Made by a program: the position numbers and the translations under genes. The notes under the pieces are model-generated. The model did no database searches, was not told the DNA's origin, and was given only the letters and a program-made list of their open reading frames with translations. Of a stretch of DNA of 64,000 nt, positions 53,159-62,164 are shown one piece after another. Position 1 is the first letter of the stretch, and the number at the start of each line of letters is the position of its first letter. The DNA comes from Eubacteriales bacterium (GTDB lineage Bacteria > Bacillota > Clostridia > Oscillospirales > CAG-272): NCBI GenBank assembly GCA_045586845.1, contig JAZNBB010000058.1, forward strand, positions 6,532 to 70,531, read 5' to 3'.

Positions 53159-53185
53159 AAAAGGAGCGTTTTTCGCTCCTTTTTG
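53159..53185 (+). terminator. rho-independent terminator
   Basis: GAAAAGGAGCG-ttttt-CGCTCCTTTTT. Confidence 0.65.
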
Positions 53186-53284
53186 CAAAATCAGGAATAA
53201 TTTTCTGCAAATGTGACAGTTTTTTGCAAAAAACTATACTTTTAGTAATGGAGAGTATATTCTATCAACTAAAGGAGAAGTTCC

Positions 53285-53884
53285 ATGAAAAAAACAGACA
53301 CCCCGGATACCCGCCCGCTGCTGGAGGATCAGAAGATCATCGATCTGTATTGGCAAAGGGAAGAGAGCGCCATTACGGAAACCGATCGCAAGTACGGAAA
53401 GTATCTGATGACCATTGCCTACAATATCCTGCACAACGACCCCGACAGCGAGGAGTGCCTCAACGATACGTATCTTGGTACGTGGAACGCCATTCCGCCA
53501 GCCAAGCCCACGCTGTTTCAGGTCTTTTTGTCCAAGATCATGCGCAATACTGCCGTGGTACGCTACAAAAAGAACCACGCACAGAGCCGCGTGCCAAGCG
53601 AGATGACCGTTTCCTTGGACGAGTTGGAGCAGTACATACCCTACGAGCCCTCGGCAGAGGACGATTACGACGTGTACAGGCTCAGTCGACTGCTCAGCGA
53701 CTATTTGCGCAAAATGTCCGAAAAGCGCGCGTTTATCTTTATTTGCAGATACTATTGTGCCGATCGCATTTCGGATATAGCCGCCATGCTGCACGTCAGC
53801 GAGAGCACGGTCTACCGTGAGCTGGACGAGATCAAAAAGGGCTTGCGCGAAATTCTGATCAAGGAGGGATATCGCAATGCGTAA
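53285..53884 (+). CDS. sigma-70 family RNA polymerase sigma factor (ECF-like, regions 2 and 4)
   Basis: Region 2-like block YGKYLMTIAYNILHNDPDSEECLNDTYLGTW and region 4 HTH block ISDIAAMLHVSESTVYRELDEIKKGL. RBS aaaggag. Confidence 0.75.
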   Translation: MKKTDTPDTRPLLEDQKIIDLYWQREESAITETDRKYGKYLMTIAYNILHNDPDSEECLNDTYLGTWNAIPPAKPTLFQVFLSKIMRNTAVVRYKKNHAQSRVPSEMTVSLDELEQYIPYEPSAEDDYDVYRLSRLLSDYLRKMSEKRAFIFICRYYCADRISDIAAMLHVSESTVYRELDEIKKGLREILIKEGYRNA

Positions 53885-55838
53885 GGATAAAACTGAATTT
53901 ACGCTGGACGTGGTGTCCGGTATTGATGAGGAGATCGTAGATCGTAATCTTGCAAAACGCTATAAGTTGTGGCAGAGAAGAGGCAAGCGCAGTCGCGTTG
54001 CGCTGATCTCGCTTGTGGCAGCACTTTTGAGTATTTGCCTTGTCTTGGGCGCATTTATGATCGTGCCGCTCTTTGGCAAGCAGGTACCTGTATACCAAGG
54101 TATGACCGTATCTACCGAAGCACCCGTCGTGCCCGATTCTGCACTTGCGTTGCCCGTGCCCATGACCTCTGTGCTGAGCACGTCAAGCACGCTGCCCGCA
54201 TACGGACTTGTGCCGCTTGGAGAGCAGGAAACGCCTGAACCCCAAGCGAACCCCGAGGACGAAACCGAACCTGTCATTTTCGGCAAGACGTATTACGCGC
54301 TCAAAAATGAGGATATTTACATTCATATTCACATTTCCAACCCGGACGGCTTTGAGATCGTTTCCTTTACGCTCAACGGCGTCAAGTATACGAACTATAT
54401 GTTTGAGCCGGGCTCTGATCTGGAGACGCTGATCCTCAAATACAACGTAGGTGACGTGGACGGCTTGCAGGAATACACCATCGATGCCATCAAGTACATC
54501 GACGGAGAAGCGATCAAGGACGTCCGTATGAAAGGTGACAAGACGGTTAAGGTCTACGTTAACGACGATACGCAGGCGTTGCGATTTGAGGCGGAGCAGG
54601 AGTTTACCACCTTGACCTTTACCCCCGTGTGGAACGAGAGCTTTACAGGGGAAAAGACCATTCAAACGCTTGCACTCTACAAGGGTGAAGAGCTCCTGCG
54701 CGAGCTTTCACCCACCGATACCGAGATCCGGGATCTGCCCATGGAAACGCGCCTGATGCTGGTTGCCACCTATCAAGATGGCGACACAGTCAAAACGCTG
54801 CGTTACATATTCGATACGCCTAAATATTCCGAGGGGCTGCAGTTCAATAACGGAGTGATCGTTGGAATAGGAGCCTGCACCGATTCCGTGCTGTATCTCA
54901 ATGCTCCGATCGGGGAAAAAGCCTTTGAAAGCAACAACGGTATATATACCGTATATCTGGGTCCCGGCGTCACGTCGGTTGGCAGCAACGCTTTTCACGC
55001 TTGCACAAAGTTAAGCAAGGTCGTGCTGTCGGAAAGCCCTATCAGCCTTGGCGAATGGGTTTTTGCAGAGTGCATCAGTCTTGCGGATGTCAGCCTTTCC
55101 GGTCAAGTTGCAGAGATTCCGGATTATGCATATTTTGCATGTGAAAGCTTGGAGAGCATAGTGATCCCCGAGGGCGTAACAAAGCTTGGCGTGGGGGTGT
55201 TTGAGGCATGCGGGAAGCTTAAGAGCGTTCAACTTCCGGAGTCATTGAAGTCTGTCGGCGCTACTTGCTTTAGTCAATGTGGGGTTCTGGAGAGCATAGA
55301 ACTGCCGGACGGTATTACTGAAATTGGCGCGAATCCTTTCAACAGTTGTTATAGCCTTAAAAGCATCAAGCTCCCCGCAAGCCTTACAGAGATTCCCGAC
55401 AGTATGTTTTCCGGATTAAATAATCTTTATAGCATAGTGATTCCGGAGAGCGTAACATCTATCGGTCATATGGCATTCATCGGTAGCGCGCTTGGCAAGG
55501 TTGAATTTCCGGAAAGCGTTACTTCAATCGGGATAGGTGCTTTTCTTGGCTGTGAGAATCTTCGGAGTGTAACGATCCCGGCGTCTGTTACGTACGTTGA
55601 ATGGACTGCGTTTTCGCAATGTGAGAACTTGAAGACCATGTACATCGAGGGAAATGATACCAAATTCGTTCTATCGGGAGCTGCACCGGGACAGGCACCC
55701 TTTGAAATTCGTTACTACCTGAATGACGTGCATTATACGGGAACCATGCAGGAATGGCAAACCTATTACGGGAATGCCCCCAGATGGGCAGAAATGAAAT
55801 GTACCGTTCACTGCACGGATGGCGATATTGCGTATTGA
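53877..55838 (+). CDS. single-pass membrane protein: anti-sigma-like N-terminus plus BspA-type LRR ectodomain
   Basis: The start overlaps the sigma gene stop by 8 nt. A cytoplasmic roughly 45 aa is followed by a TM helix (VALISLVAALLSICLVLGAFMIV). The extracytoplasmic region carries about 10 LRR units (VIPEGVTKLGVGVFEACGKLKSV and similar). Confidence 0.6.
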   Translation: MRKDKTEFTLDVVSGIDEEIVDRNLAKRYKLWQRRGKRSRVALISLVAALLSICLVLGAFMIVPLFGKQVPVYQGMTVSTEAPVVPDSALALPVPMTSVLSTSSTLPAYGLVPLGEQETPEPQANPEDETEPVIFGKTYYALKNEDIYIHIHISNPDGFEIVSFTLNGVKYTNYMFEPGSDLETLILKYNVGDVDGLQEYTIDAIKYIDGEAIKDVRMKGDKTVKVYVNDDTQALRFEAEQEFTTLTFTPVWNESFTGEKTIQTLALYKGEELLRELSPTDTEIRDLPMETRLMLVATYQDGDTVKTLRYIFDTPKYSEGLQFNNGVIVGIGACTDSVLYLNAPIGEKAFESNNGIYTVYLGPGVTSVGSNAFHACTKLSKVVLSESPISLGEWVFAECISLADVSLSGQVAEIPDYAYFACESLESIVIPEGVTKLGVGVFEACGKLKSVQLPESLKSVGATCFSQCGVLESIELPDGITEIGANPFNSCYSLKSIKLPASLTEIPDSMFSGLNNLYSIVIPESVTSIGHMAFIGSALGKVEFPESVTSIGIGAFLGCENLRSVTIPASVTYVEWTAFSQCENLKTMYIEGNDTKFVLSGAAPGQAPFEIRYYLNDVHYTGTMQEWQTYYGNAPRWAEMKCTVHCTDGDIAY

Positions 55839-55878
55839 TATCAGTACAGACAACTACATTGAAGGCTTGACCTGCTGT

Positions 55879-55913
55879 ACTCCCGCTCGGATTTTTCGGG
55901 CGGGAGTGCTTTT
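55879..55913 (+). terminator. rho-independent terminator
   Basis: ACTCCCGC...GCGGGAGT stem followed by GCTTTT. Confidence 0.55.
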
Positions 55914-55946
55914 AGGCAAAGAAAGGCAGGAATTTTGAAAAAGCAC

Positions 55947-55975
55947 TTGACATTTGAAAAAATACACAGTATAAT
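55947..55975 (+). promoter_or_regulatory. sigma-A type promoter (TTGACA-17-TATAAT) for the tRNA gene
   Basis: Perfect hexamers with a 17-nt spacer. The -10 box ends 17 nt upstream of the tRNA 5' end. Confidence 0.65.
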
Positions 55976-55992
55976 ATATAAGTCGTTTTGAC

Positions 55993-56069
55993 GGGCTATT
56001 AGCTCAGTTGGTCAGAGCTACCGGCTCATAACCGGTTGGTCCGGGGTTCGAGTCCCTGATAGCCCACCA
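55993..56069 (+). tRNA. tRNA with anticodon CAT (elongator Met or lysidine-modified Ile2), CCA encoded
   Basis: The sequence is GGGCTATTAGCTCAGTTGGTCAGAGCTACCGGCTCATAACCGGTTGGTCCGGGGTTCGAGTCCCTGATAGCCCACCA. G1-C72 are paired, so it is not an initiator. The anticodon arm CCGGCTCATAACCGG resembles tRNA-Ile2 genes, but I cannot decide from sequence alone. Confidence 0.9.
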
Positions 56070-56072
56070 AAA

Positions 56073-56110
56073 AGAGCAAGGGGGTGCTTGTGCACCCCCT
56101 TGCTCTTTTT
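56073..56110 (+). terminator. rho-independent terminator after the tRNA
   Basis: AGAGCAAGGGGGTGC-ttg-TGCACCCCCTTGCTCT followed by TTTT. Confidence 0.8.
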
Positions 56111-56120
56111 GGTGTACTTT

Positions 56121-56422
56121 CCCGACTCAGAACCCCGCACGCGCGGCTTTGCCGCTCGTGCAAGGTTTGCGCCGGAAAAGTGAAGAAATATCACGACTAT
56201 TGGCGCAAACATGGGTTCTGAGTCCCTGGTGTCCCATTCAGACGCCTATCCCAATTCGCCCCACGCGCGGCTTTGCCGCTCGTGCAAGGTTTGCGCCGGA
56301 AAAGTAAACGGTAAGGGCGTGCGATTGCGCAAATGTGCAAGCGCGATGCGCTTGCGATGTTCTGAATCCCTGGTGTCCCATTCAGACGACTATCCCGATT
56401 CACCCGCACGCGCGGCTTTGCC
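56121..56422. repeat. tandem repeat (about 144 bp period) containing tRNA 3'-end-like blocks
   Basis: Block A, GTTCTGA(G/A)TCCCTGGTGTCCCATTCAGACG(C/A)CTATCCC(A/G)ATTC, occurs at 56215 and 56359. Block B, C(G)CACGCGCGGCTTTGCCGCTCGTGCAAGGTTTGCGCCGGAAAAGT, occurs at 56133 and 56259, with a truncated copy at 56401-56422. Confidence 0.8.
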
Positions 56423-56471
56423 GAAAGACTCTTTCACCCGCGTTGGCACAGGCTGAGCAACCCGTCTTTTT

Positions 56472-56497
56472 GTAGGGGACGACGTCCTCGACGTCCC
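56472..56497. repeat. GTAG-headed palindromic unit (type A), forward
   Basis: GTAGGGGACG-ACGTCCTCGA-CGTCCC. Confidence 0.75.
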
Positions 56498-56548
56498 GAG
56501 CAGGTGCAATGAACTTGTAACATTGTAAAAAAATTGTTTATGCAGGAC

Positions 56549-56574
56549 GGTGCGTCGAGGACGTCGCACCCTAC
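56549..56574. repeat. GTAG-headed palindromic unit (type A), reverse
   Basis: GGTGCG-TCGAGGACGT-CGCACCCTAC; its reverse complement is GTAGGGTGCG-ACGTCCTCGA-CGCACC. It forms an inverted doublet with 56472-56497, separated by a 51-bp spacer. Confidence 0.75.
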
Positions 56575-56710
56575 GGACGGACGTATTACAAGACCGATGC
56601 CATTGCAGGCAGGGAATACAATCCCCGTATTTTTCATCTTTTGTCTTTACTTTTTCTCCAAACTGTGATATACTATTAAACTGACATACTGTTGTGAAAG
56701 GAGAAGTACG

Positions 56711-58696
56711 ATGGATCAATTCAAGCTGCACAGCCCCTTTTCCCCCATGGGCGACCAGCCGCAGGCGATCGCACAGCTGGTTGAAGGACTTGAGCGCGGT
56801 GACCGCTATCAGACGCTTTTGGGCGTCACAGGCTCGGGCAAGACCTTTACCATGGCAAATATCATTGAAAAATGCAACCGTCCCGTGCTGATCCTTGAGC
56901 CAAATAAGACCTTGGCAGCACAGGTCTGCACCGAAATGCGCGAGTTTTTCCCCGAAAATGCGGTGGAATTTTTCGTGTCATACTACGATTATTACCAGCC
57001 CGAGGCGTATATCCCGGGCAAGGATATGTATATTGAGAAGGATGCGCTTGTCAACGACGAGATCGACCGCTTGCGACACAGCGCCACCTCCTCGCTGTTT
57101 GAGCGCCGTGACGTCATCATTGTCGCGTCGGTCTCCTGCATCTATACCCTCGGTGACCCCGTGGAATACCAGACGCTGCAGATCTCTCTGCGCCCGGGTA
57201 TGCTGATGGACCGCGACGCGCTGATCCGTCGCTTGGTGGCGATCAGCTATTCGCGCAACGACCTAAACCCTGTGCGTAACAGCTTCCGCGTGCGCGGTGA
57301 CACGGTGGAGATCATGACCGCAAACGTGTCGGATAAGCTCTTGCGCGTGGAGTTCTTTGACGACGAGATCGACCGCATCTCGGTTATCAATCCCGTCACG
57401 GGAGAGCTGGTGCGTATTTTGTCCTACGCTGTCATTTTTCCCGCAACGCACTACGCCGTGTCCGATGAAAAACGCGACGCAGCGCTGGAGGAGATCCGCC
57501 GCGAGATGGTGGACCGAGCCGCATGGTTTGAGTCCGAGGGAAAGCTGATCGAGGCGCAACGCATCACAGAGCGCACCAAGTACGACCTTGAAATGCTGCG
57601 CGAGGTGGGCTTTTGCTCGGGTGTGGAAAACTACTCCCGCGGGCTTGCGGGCAGAGAGCCGGGTTCGACTCCCTATACGCTGTTGGACTATTTCCCGGAC
57701 GATTTTATCATGTTTATCGATGAGTCGCACGTGGCTGTGCCGCAGGTGCGCGGCATGAGCGGCGGTGATACCGCAAGAAAGAAAAACTTGGTGGATTATG
57801 GTTTTCGTTTGCCATCGGCATATGATAACAGACCCTTGTATTTCGAGGAGTTTGAGGACAAGATCAACCAAGCCGTGTTTGTCAGCGCCACGCCGGGTCC
57901 TTATGAAAAGGAGCACGCCGAGCAGGTGGCAGAGCAGCTGATCAGACCCACGGGCTTGCTTGACCCCGAGGTCGAGGTGCGCCCGATCGAGGGGCAGGTG
58001 GACGACCTGCTTGGAGAGATCCGTGACCGCGTGGAGAAAAAAGAGCGCGTGCTGGTCACCACGCTGACCAAGAAGATGGCGGAGGATCTGACCGAATATC
58101 TGGAGCAGAACGGTGTGCGCGTGCGCTATATCCACTTCAACGTAGAAACCATGGAGCGTATGGAGATCATACGTGATCTGCGTATGGGCGTGTTTGACGT
58201 GCTGGTGGGCATCAACCTTTTGCGCGAAGGGCTTGACCTGCCCGAGGTATCCCTGGTGGCGATCCTGGATGCCGACAAGGAGGGTTTCCTTCGCGGCGAG
58301 ACCTCTCTCATCCAGACCATCGGACGTGCCGCGCGTAACGCGTCGGGTAAGGTCATCATGTACGGTGATACCGTAACGAGATCCATGCAAAGCGCTATCA
58401 CAGAGACCGCGCGCCGCCGCCAAAAGCAGGACGCCTTCAACAAGGCAAACGGCATCGTGCCGCGTACGGTCGTCAAAGATATCCGTGACGTGATCGATAT
58501 GGCAAGTCCCGCGGGTGGCAAGCAGGGCACAAAGGCTGTGGAAACCGCTAAGGGCAAGATGAGCCCCAAACAAAAGGACAAGCTGATCGCAGAGCTGACT
58601 GCAGAGATGCGCAGCGCGGCAGCCAAGCTGGAATTCGAAAAGGCTGCGTATTTGCGCGATCGCATTAAGCGTATTCAGGGAGGAGAAGAGATATGA
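56711..58696 (+). CDS. uvrB: excinuclease ABC subunit B
   Basis: [11 protein letters not shown], the Walker [11 protein letters not shown], helicase motifs and a C-terminal UVR domain ([13 protein letters not shown]). Confidence 0.96.
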   Translation: MDQFKLHSPFSPMGDQPQAIAQLVEGLERGDRYQTLLGVTGSGKTFTMANIIEKCNRPVLILEPNKTLAAQVCTEMREFFPENAVEFFVSYYDYYQPEAYIPGKDMYIEKDALVNDEIDRLRHSATSSLFERRDVIIVASVSCIYTLGDPVEYQTLQISLRPGMLMDRDALIRRLVAISYSRNDLNPVRNSFRVRGDTVEIMTANVSDKLLRVEFFDDEIDRISVINPVTGELVRILSYAVIFPATHYAVSDEKRDAALEEIRREMVDRAAWFESEGKLIEAQRITERTKYDLEMLREVGFCSGVENYSRGLAGREPGSTPYTLLDYFPDDFIMFIDESHVAVPQVRGMSGGDTARKKNLVDYGFRLPSAYDNRPLYFEEFEDKINQAVFVSATPGPYEKEHAEQVAEQLIRPTGLLDPEVEVRPIEGQVDDLLGEIRDRVEKKERVLVTTLTKKMAEDLTEYLEQNGVRVRYIHFNVETMERMEIIRDLRMGVFDVLVGINLLREGLDLPEVSLVAILDADKEGFLRGETSLIQTIGRAARNASGKVIMYGDTVTRSMQSAITETARRRQKQDAFNKANGIVPRTVVKDIRDVIDMASPAGGKQGTKAVETAKGKMSPKQKDKLIAELTAEMRSAAAKLEFEKAAYLRDRIKRIQGGEEI

Positions 58697-59172
58697 AGCA
58701 GACAAAGAAAAAGCGTATTCCGTTAGTTAACGGCAAATATTTGTGCTGGACGCTGCTGATATTGGCAGGCGAGTTGATCCTTTTGTGCGGCGCGTACCTG
58801 TTTGGCGTGCTGGATAATGTGATAGGCTATATTATTCTGCCGTTTTTCGGCTTTTTGACCCTGTATACCGCCTATGAGGCATTCATGCTGGCATTGGAAG
58901 CTATCAGCATTAGCAGCGACGGTGTCGTGGTAGCAGGTAAGGACACAGATGGGCAGACCGTACATTTTGAGTTGGATACGCTGATGTATGTTTTTCCTTG
59001 TGATCAAAAGGGAAATCCGCTTCCTGAGAATCAGGATAAATATGAAAATATCGGGCTTGCGTTTCGCTTTAAAAACGGCAAGCAAAAGATCAGACAGACT
59101 TCCCGTCTGACGCAAAAGCAGCTTGAGCGATTGCGTGAAGAGCTGGGCGTAATGTACGTACCGGAACAATAA
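58693..59172 (+). CDS. hypothetical membrane protein between uvrB and uvrA
   Basis: The ATGA overlaps the uvrB stop, and RBS ggagga is present. Two TM helices are followed by a roughly 90-aa soluble domain. No motif recognised. Confidence 0.5.
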   Translation: MKQTKKKRIPLVNGKYLCWTLLILAGELILLCGAYLFGVLDNVIGYIILPFFGFLTLYTAYEAFMLALEAISISSDGVVVAGKDTDGQTVHFELDTLMYVFPCDQKGNPLPENQDKYENIGLAFRFKNGKQKIRQTSRLTQKQLERLREELGVMYVPEQ

Positions 59173-59193
59173 ACCATCAAAGAAAGACAAAGT

Positions 59194-62043
59194 ATGAAAC
59201 AAGAAAAAATCGTTATTCGCGGTGCACGCGTCAACAATCTCAAGAATATTGACGTCGAGATCCCGCGTGATCAGCTGGTGATACTGACAGGGCTTTCGGG
59301 CTCGGGAAAGTCCTCGCTGGCGTTTGATACCGTATATGCAGAGGGGCACAGACGCTTTGTCGAGTCGCTGTCCTCGTATGCACGTATGTTCCTCGGTCAA
59401 ATGGATAAGCCTGACGTGGATACCATCGACGGTCTGAGCCCCGCCATTTCGATCGACCAAAAGACCACCTCCAAAAATCCGCGCTCTACCGTGGGCACCG
59501 TGACCGAAATTTACGATTACCTGCGCTTGCTCTACGCACGCGTGGGTGTGCCGCATTGCCCGGTCTGTGGCAAGGAGATACGCCGACAGAGCACAGATAC
59601 CATCATTGATAAGATATGCGAGCTGCCGGAGGGAGAGCGCTTTTTGGTGCTTGCACCCGTTGTGCGCGCACAAAAGGGTATGCACGAAAAGGTGCTGAAC
59701 GATGCCAAAAAAAGCGGCTATGCCCGCGTGCGCATCGATGGCAGCTTGTACGATCTTGGCGAGGACATCTCGCTGGATAAGAACAAAAAGCACGATATTG
59801 AGGTCGTAGTGGACCGTCTTGTGCTCAAGGAAGGTGTGCGTTCACGTCTTGGCGACTCGGTGGAGACCGCGTTGAATCTTGCCGAAGGGCATCTCTTGAT
59901 CGTGACCGTACCGCGCGGAGAGGGCAAGCCCATTGAGCTGTCATTTTCGCAAAGCTATGCTTGTGAGGAGCACGGTATTTCAATCGGAGAGCTTGAGCCC
60001 CGTATGTTTTCCTTTAATAATCCCACGGGCGCGTGTCCGGCTTGTGCGGGGCTTGGTGAGATGCAGACGGTATCTGCCGCCAAGGTCATTCCCGATAAGC
60101 GACTGTCGCTGCGCGGCGGTGCCATTGCGGTCAACGGCTTTAAGACCTTGGAGGAGGACAGCTGGAACGGTCCTTTGTTTGCCGCTGTGGGTGAAATAGT
60201 GGGCTTTACCTTGGATATGCCCATCCGCGAGTACAGCCCGTCTGCGCTTGACGCGCTGCTGCACGGCACGGGCGATCGCGTCTATCGCATCAAGCGTCAT
60301 TTTGCGGGCGTGGATCACGAACAAACGCTGACCTTCCACGGTATTCTTGAAATGGTGGAAAGCCGCATGAAAAACGGCGGAATGTTCGGCAAGGAGTATT
60401 ATACACAATTCGTGCAAGAGGCGGATTGCCCCGTTTGCGGCGGCAAGCGACTCTCTCCCGTGGTGCTGGGCGTGACCGTCGGCGGACTCAACATTCACGA
60501 TTTCTGTGCTATGTCGGTTGAAAATGCACTGGCGTTTGTCGAGTCTCTGCAGTTTTCGGGCGGTGAAGCGGTCATTTCGCGTGAGATCCTCAAGGAGATC
60601 CGCGCGCGTTTGGGCTTTCTTGTCAGCGTGGGACTCGGTTATCTGACGCTGGGGCGCAAAGCGGGCACGCTGTCGGGCGGTGAAGCGCAGCGCATCAGGC
60701 TTGCCACGCAGATCGGCTCTGCGCTGACGGGTGTGCTGTATATTTTGGACGAGCCCAGCATAGGTCTGCACTCCCGTGACAATTCCAAGCTGATTGCCAC
60801 GCTCAAAACCTTGCGTGACCTTGGAAATACTGTTATCGTGGTCGAGCACGACGAGGAGACCATGCAAGAATCCGACTATATCATCGACGTAGGTCCCGGT
60901 GCGGGCGTGCACGGTGGTCAGATCGTTGCTGCGGGCACACCTGCCGAGGTTGCGAAAAATCCCGATTCGCTGACGGGCGGCTATCTCTCGGGTAGACTCT
61001 CTATACCCGTGCCGACAGTGCGCAGACCGGGCAATGGCAATTTCCTTCGTGTTTTTGGCGCAGAGGAGCACAACCTGAAAAAGTTGAACGTGGAGATCCC
61101 GCTGGGTTGTTTTGTATGTGTCACCGGCGTGTCGGGATCGGGAAAATCCTCGTTGGTCAACGGTATCATCCATCCTGTGTTGGCGGATAGACTCAATAAC
61201 GCCATCACGTACCCCGGTAAACACGAGCAGCTGACGGGCGACGAGCATCTTGACAAGATCATCTGCATCGATCAAAGCCCCATAGGCAGAACGCCGCGCT
61301 CCAATCCCGCCACCTATACAGGGCTTTTTGCCGATATCCGCGATCTGTTCGCACAGACCAAAGACGCGAAGGCAAAGGGTTACGGACCGTGCAGATTTTC
61401 CTTTAACGTCAAGGGCGGACGCTGCGAAGCCTGCGAGGGTGACGGCGTGCGCTGTATTGAAATGCACTTTTTGCCCGACGTTTACGTGACGTGTGATGTA
61501 TGTAAGGGCAAGAGATACAACCGTGATACGTTGGATGTCAAGTATAAAGGGAAGAACATCAATGACGTGCTGGAAATGACGGTTGAGGAGGGCGTTGCCT
61601 TCTTTGACGGTATGCCGCGTATTCTGCGCAAGCTCAAAACGCTGCAGGACGTCGGACTTGGCTATATCAAGATCGGTCAGTCGTCCACCACGCTCTCGGG
61701 CGGTGAGGCGCAGCGCGTCAAGCTTGCCACCGAGCTTTCCAAGCGCGATACCGGCAAGACCATCTACGTGCTGGATGAGCCCACCACGGGTCTGCACACG
61801 GCTGATGTGGCGCAGCTGCTGGGTGTGCTGCAACGTCTTGTGGACGGTGGAAACACGGTGCTTGTCATCGAGCACAACATGGATGTCATCAAGTGTGCCG
61901 ACTATATCATAGACCTTGGTCCCGAGGGTGGAGACGGTGGCGGCACCTTGGTTGCAAAGGGCACACCCGAGCAGGTCGCGGAGTGCGAGAGGTCGTATAC
62001 CGGACAGTACTTGCAGAAGGTAATAGGTAAGAGTGAAAAGTGA
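59194..62043 (+). CDS. uvrA: excinuclease ABC subunit A
   Basis: Has two ABC ATPase modules (GLSGSGKSSLAF, GVSGSGKSSLV; LSGGEAQR twice) and zinc-finger Cys clusters. Confidence 0.96.
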   Translation: MKQEKIVIRGARVNNLKNIDVEIPRDQLVILTGLSGSGKSSLAFDTVYAEGHRRFVESLSSYARMFLGQMDKPDVDTIDGLSPAISIDQKTTSKNPRSTVGTVTEIYDYLRLLYARVGVPHCPVCGKEIRRQSTDTIIDKICELPEGERFLVLAPVVRAQKGMHEKVLNDAKKSGYARVRIDGSLYDLGEDISLDKNKKHDIEVVVDRLVLKEGVRSRLGDSVETALNLAEGHLLIVTVPRGEGKPIELSFSQSYACEEHGISIGELEPRMFSFNNPTGACPACAGLGEMQTVSAAKVIPDKRLSLRGGAIAVNGFKTLEEDSWNGPLFAAVGEIVGFTLDMPIREYSPSALDALLHGTGDRVYRIKRHFAGVDHEQTLTFHGILEMVESRMKNGGMFGKEYYTQFVQEADCPVCGGKRLSPVVLGVTVGGLNIHDFCAMSVENALAFVESLQFSGGEAVISREILKEIRARLGFLVSVGLGYLTLGRKAGTLSGGEAQRIRLATQIGSALTGVLYILDEPSIGLHSRDNSKLIATLKTLRDLGNTVIVVEHDEETMQESDYIIDVGPGAGVHGGQIVAAGTPAEVAKNPDSLTGGYLSGRLSIPVPTVRRPGNGNFLRVFGAEEHNLKKLNVEIPLGCFVCVTGVSGSGKSSLVNGIIHPVLADRLNNAITYPGKHEQLTGDEHLDKIICIDQSPIGRTPRSNPATYTGLFADIRDLFAQTKDAKAKGYGPCRFSFNVKGGRCEACEGDGVRCIEMHFLPDVYVTCDVCKGKRYNRDTLDVKYKGKNINDVLEMTVEEGVAFFDGMPRILRKLKTLQDVGLGYIKIGQSSTTLSGGEAQRVKLATELSKRDTGKTIYVLDEPTTGLHTADVAQLLGVLQRLVDGGNTVLVIEHNMDVIKCADYIIDLGPEGGDGGGTLVAKGTPEQVAECERSYTGQYLQKVIGKSEK

Positions 62044-62056
62044 ATAAGTGTTGTAG

Positions 62057-62083
62057 AAAACCCTTGCGCCGCAAGGGTTTTCT
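62057..62083 (+). terminator. rho-independent terminator after uvrA
   Basis: AAAACCCTTGC-gcc-GCAAGGGTTTT followed by CTT. Confidence 0.7.
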
Positions 62084-62093
62084 TAAATCTAAC

Positions 62094-62122
62094 GTAGGGG
62101 CGACCATCGGTCGTCTGCCTAC
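62094..62122. repeat. GTAG-headed palindromic unit (type B)
   Basis: GTAGGGGCGACC-atc-GGTCGTCTGCCTAC is nearly identical to the unit at 14907-14933. Confidence 0.75.
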
Positions 62123-62164
62123 ATCGCTGCCACCTGTAAGGTTATCCGTCCAACAACAACTCTT

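Noticed and set aside
56211-56731. ORFs 56211-56456 (plus, 81 aa), 56197-56409 (minus), 56390-56731 (minus) and 56434-56637 (minus) between the tRNA and uvrB.
   Set aside because: They run through tandem repeats and GTAG palindromes, have no RBS, and their sequence repeats simply follow the DNA repeats. The region is treated as non-coding.
57263-61875. Long minus-strand ORFs: 57263-58705 (480 aa), 58723-59793 (356 aa) and 59980-61875 (631 aa).
   Set aside because: They are antisense to uvrB, the small membrane gene and uvrA. They have no RBS and no recognisable domains. The sense-strand genes are certain.
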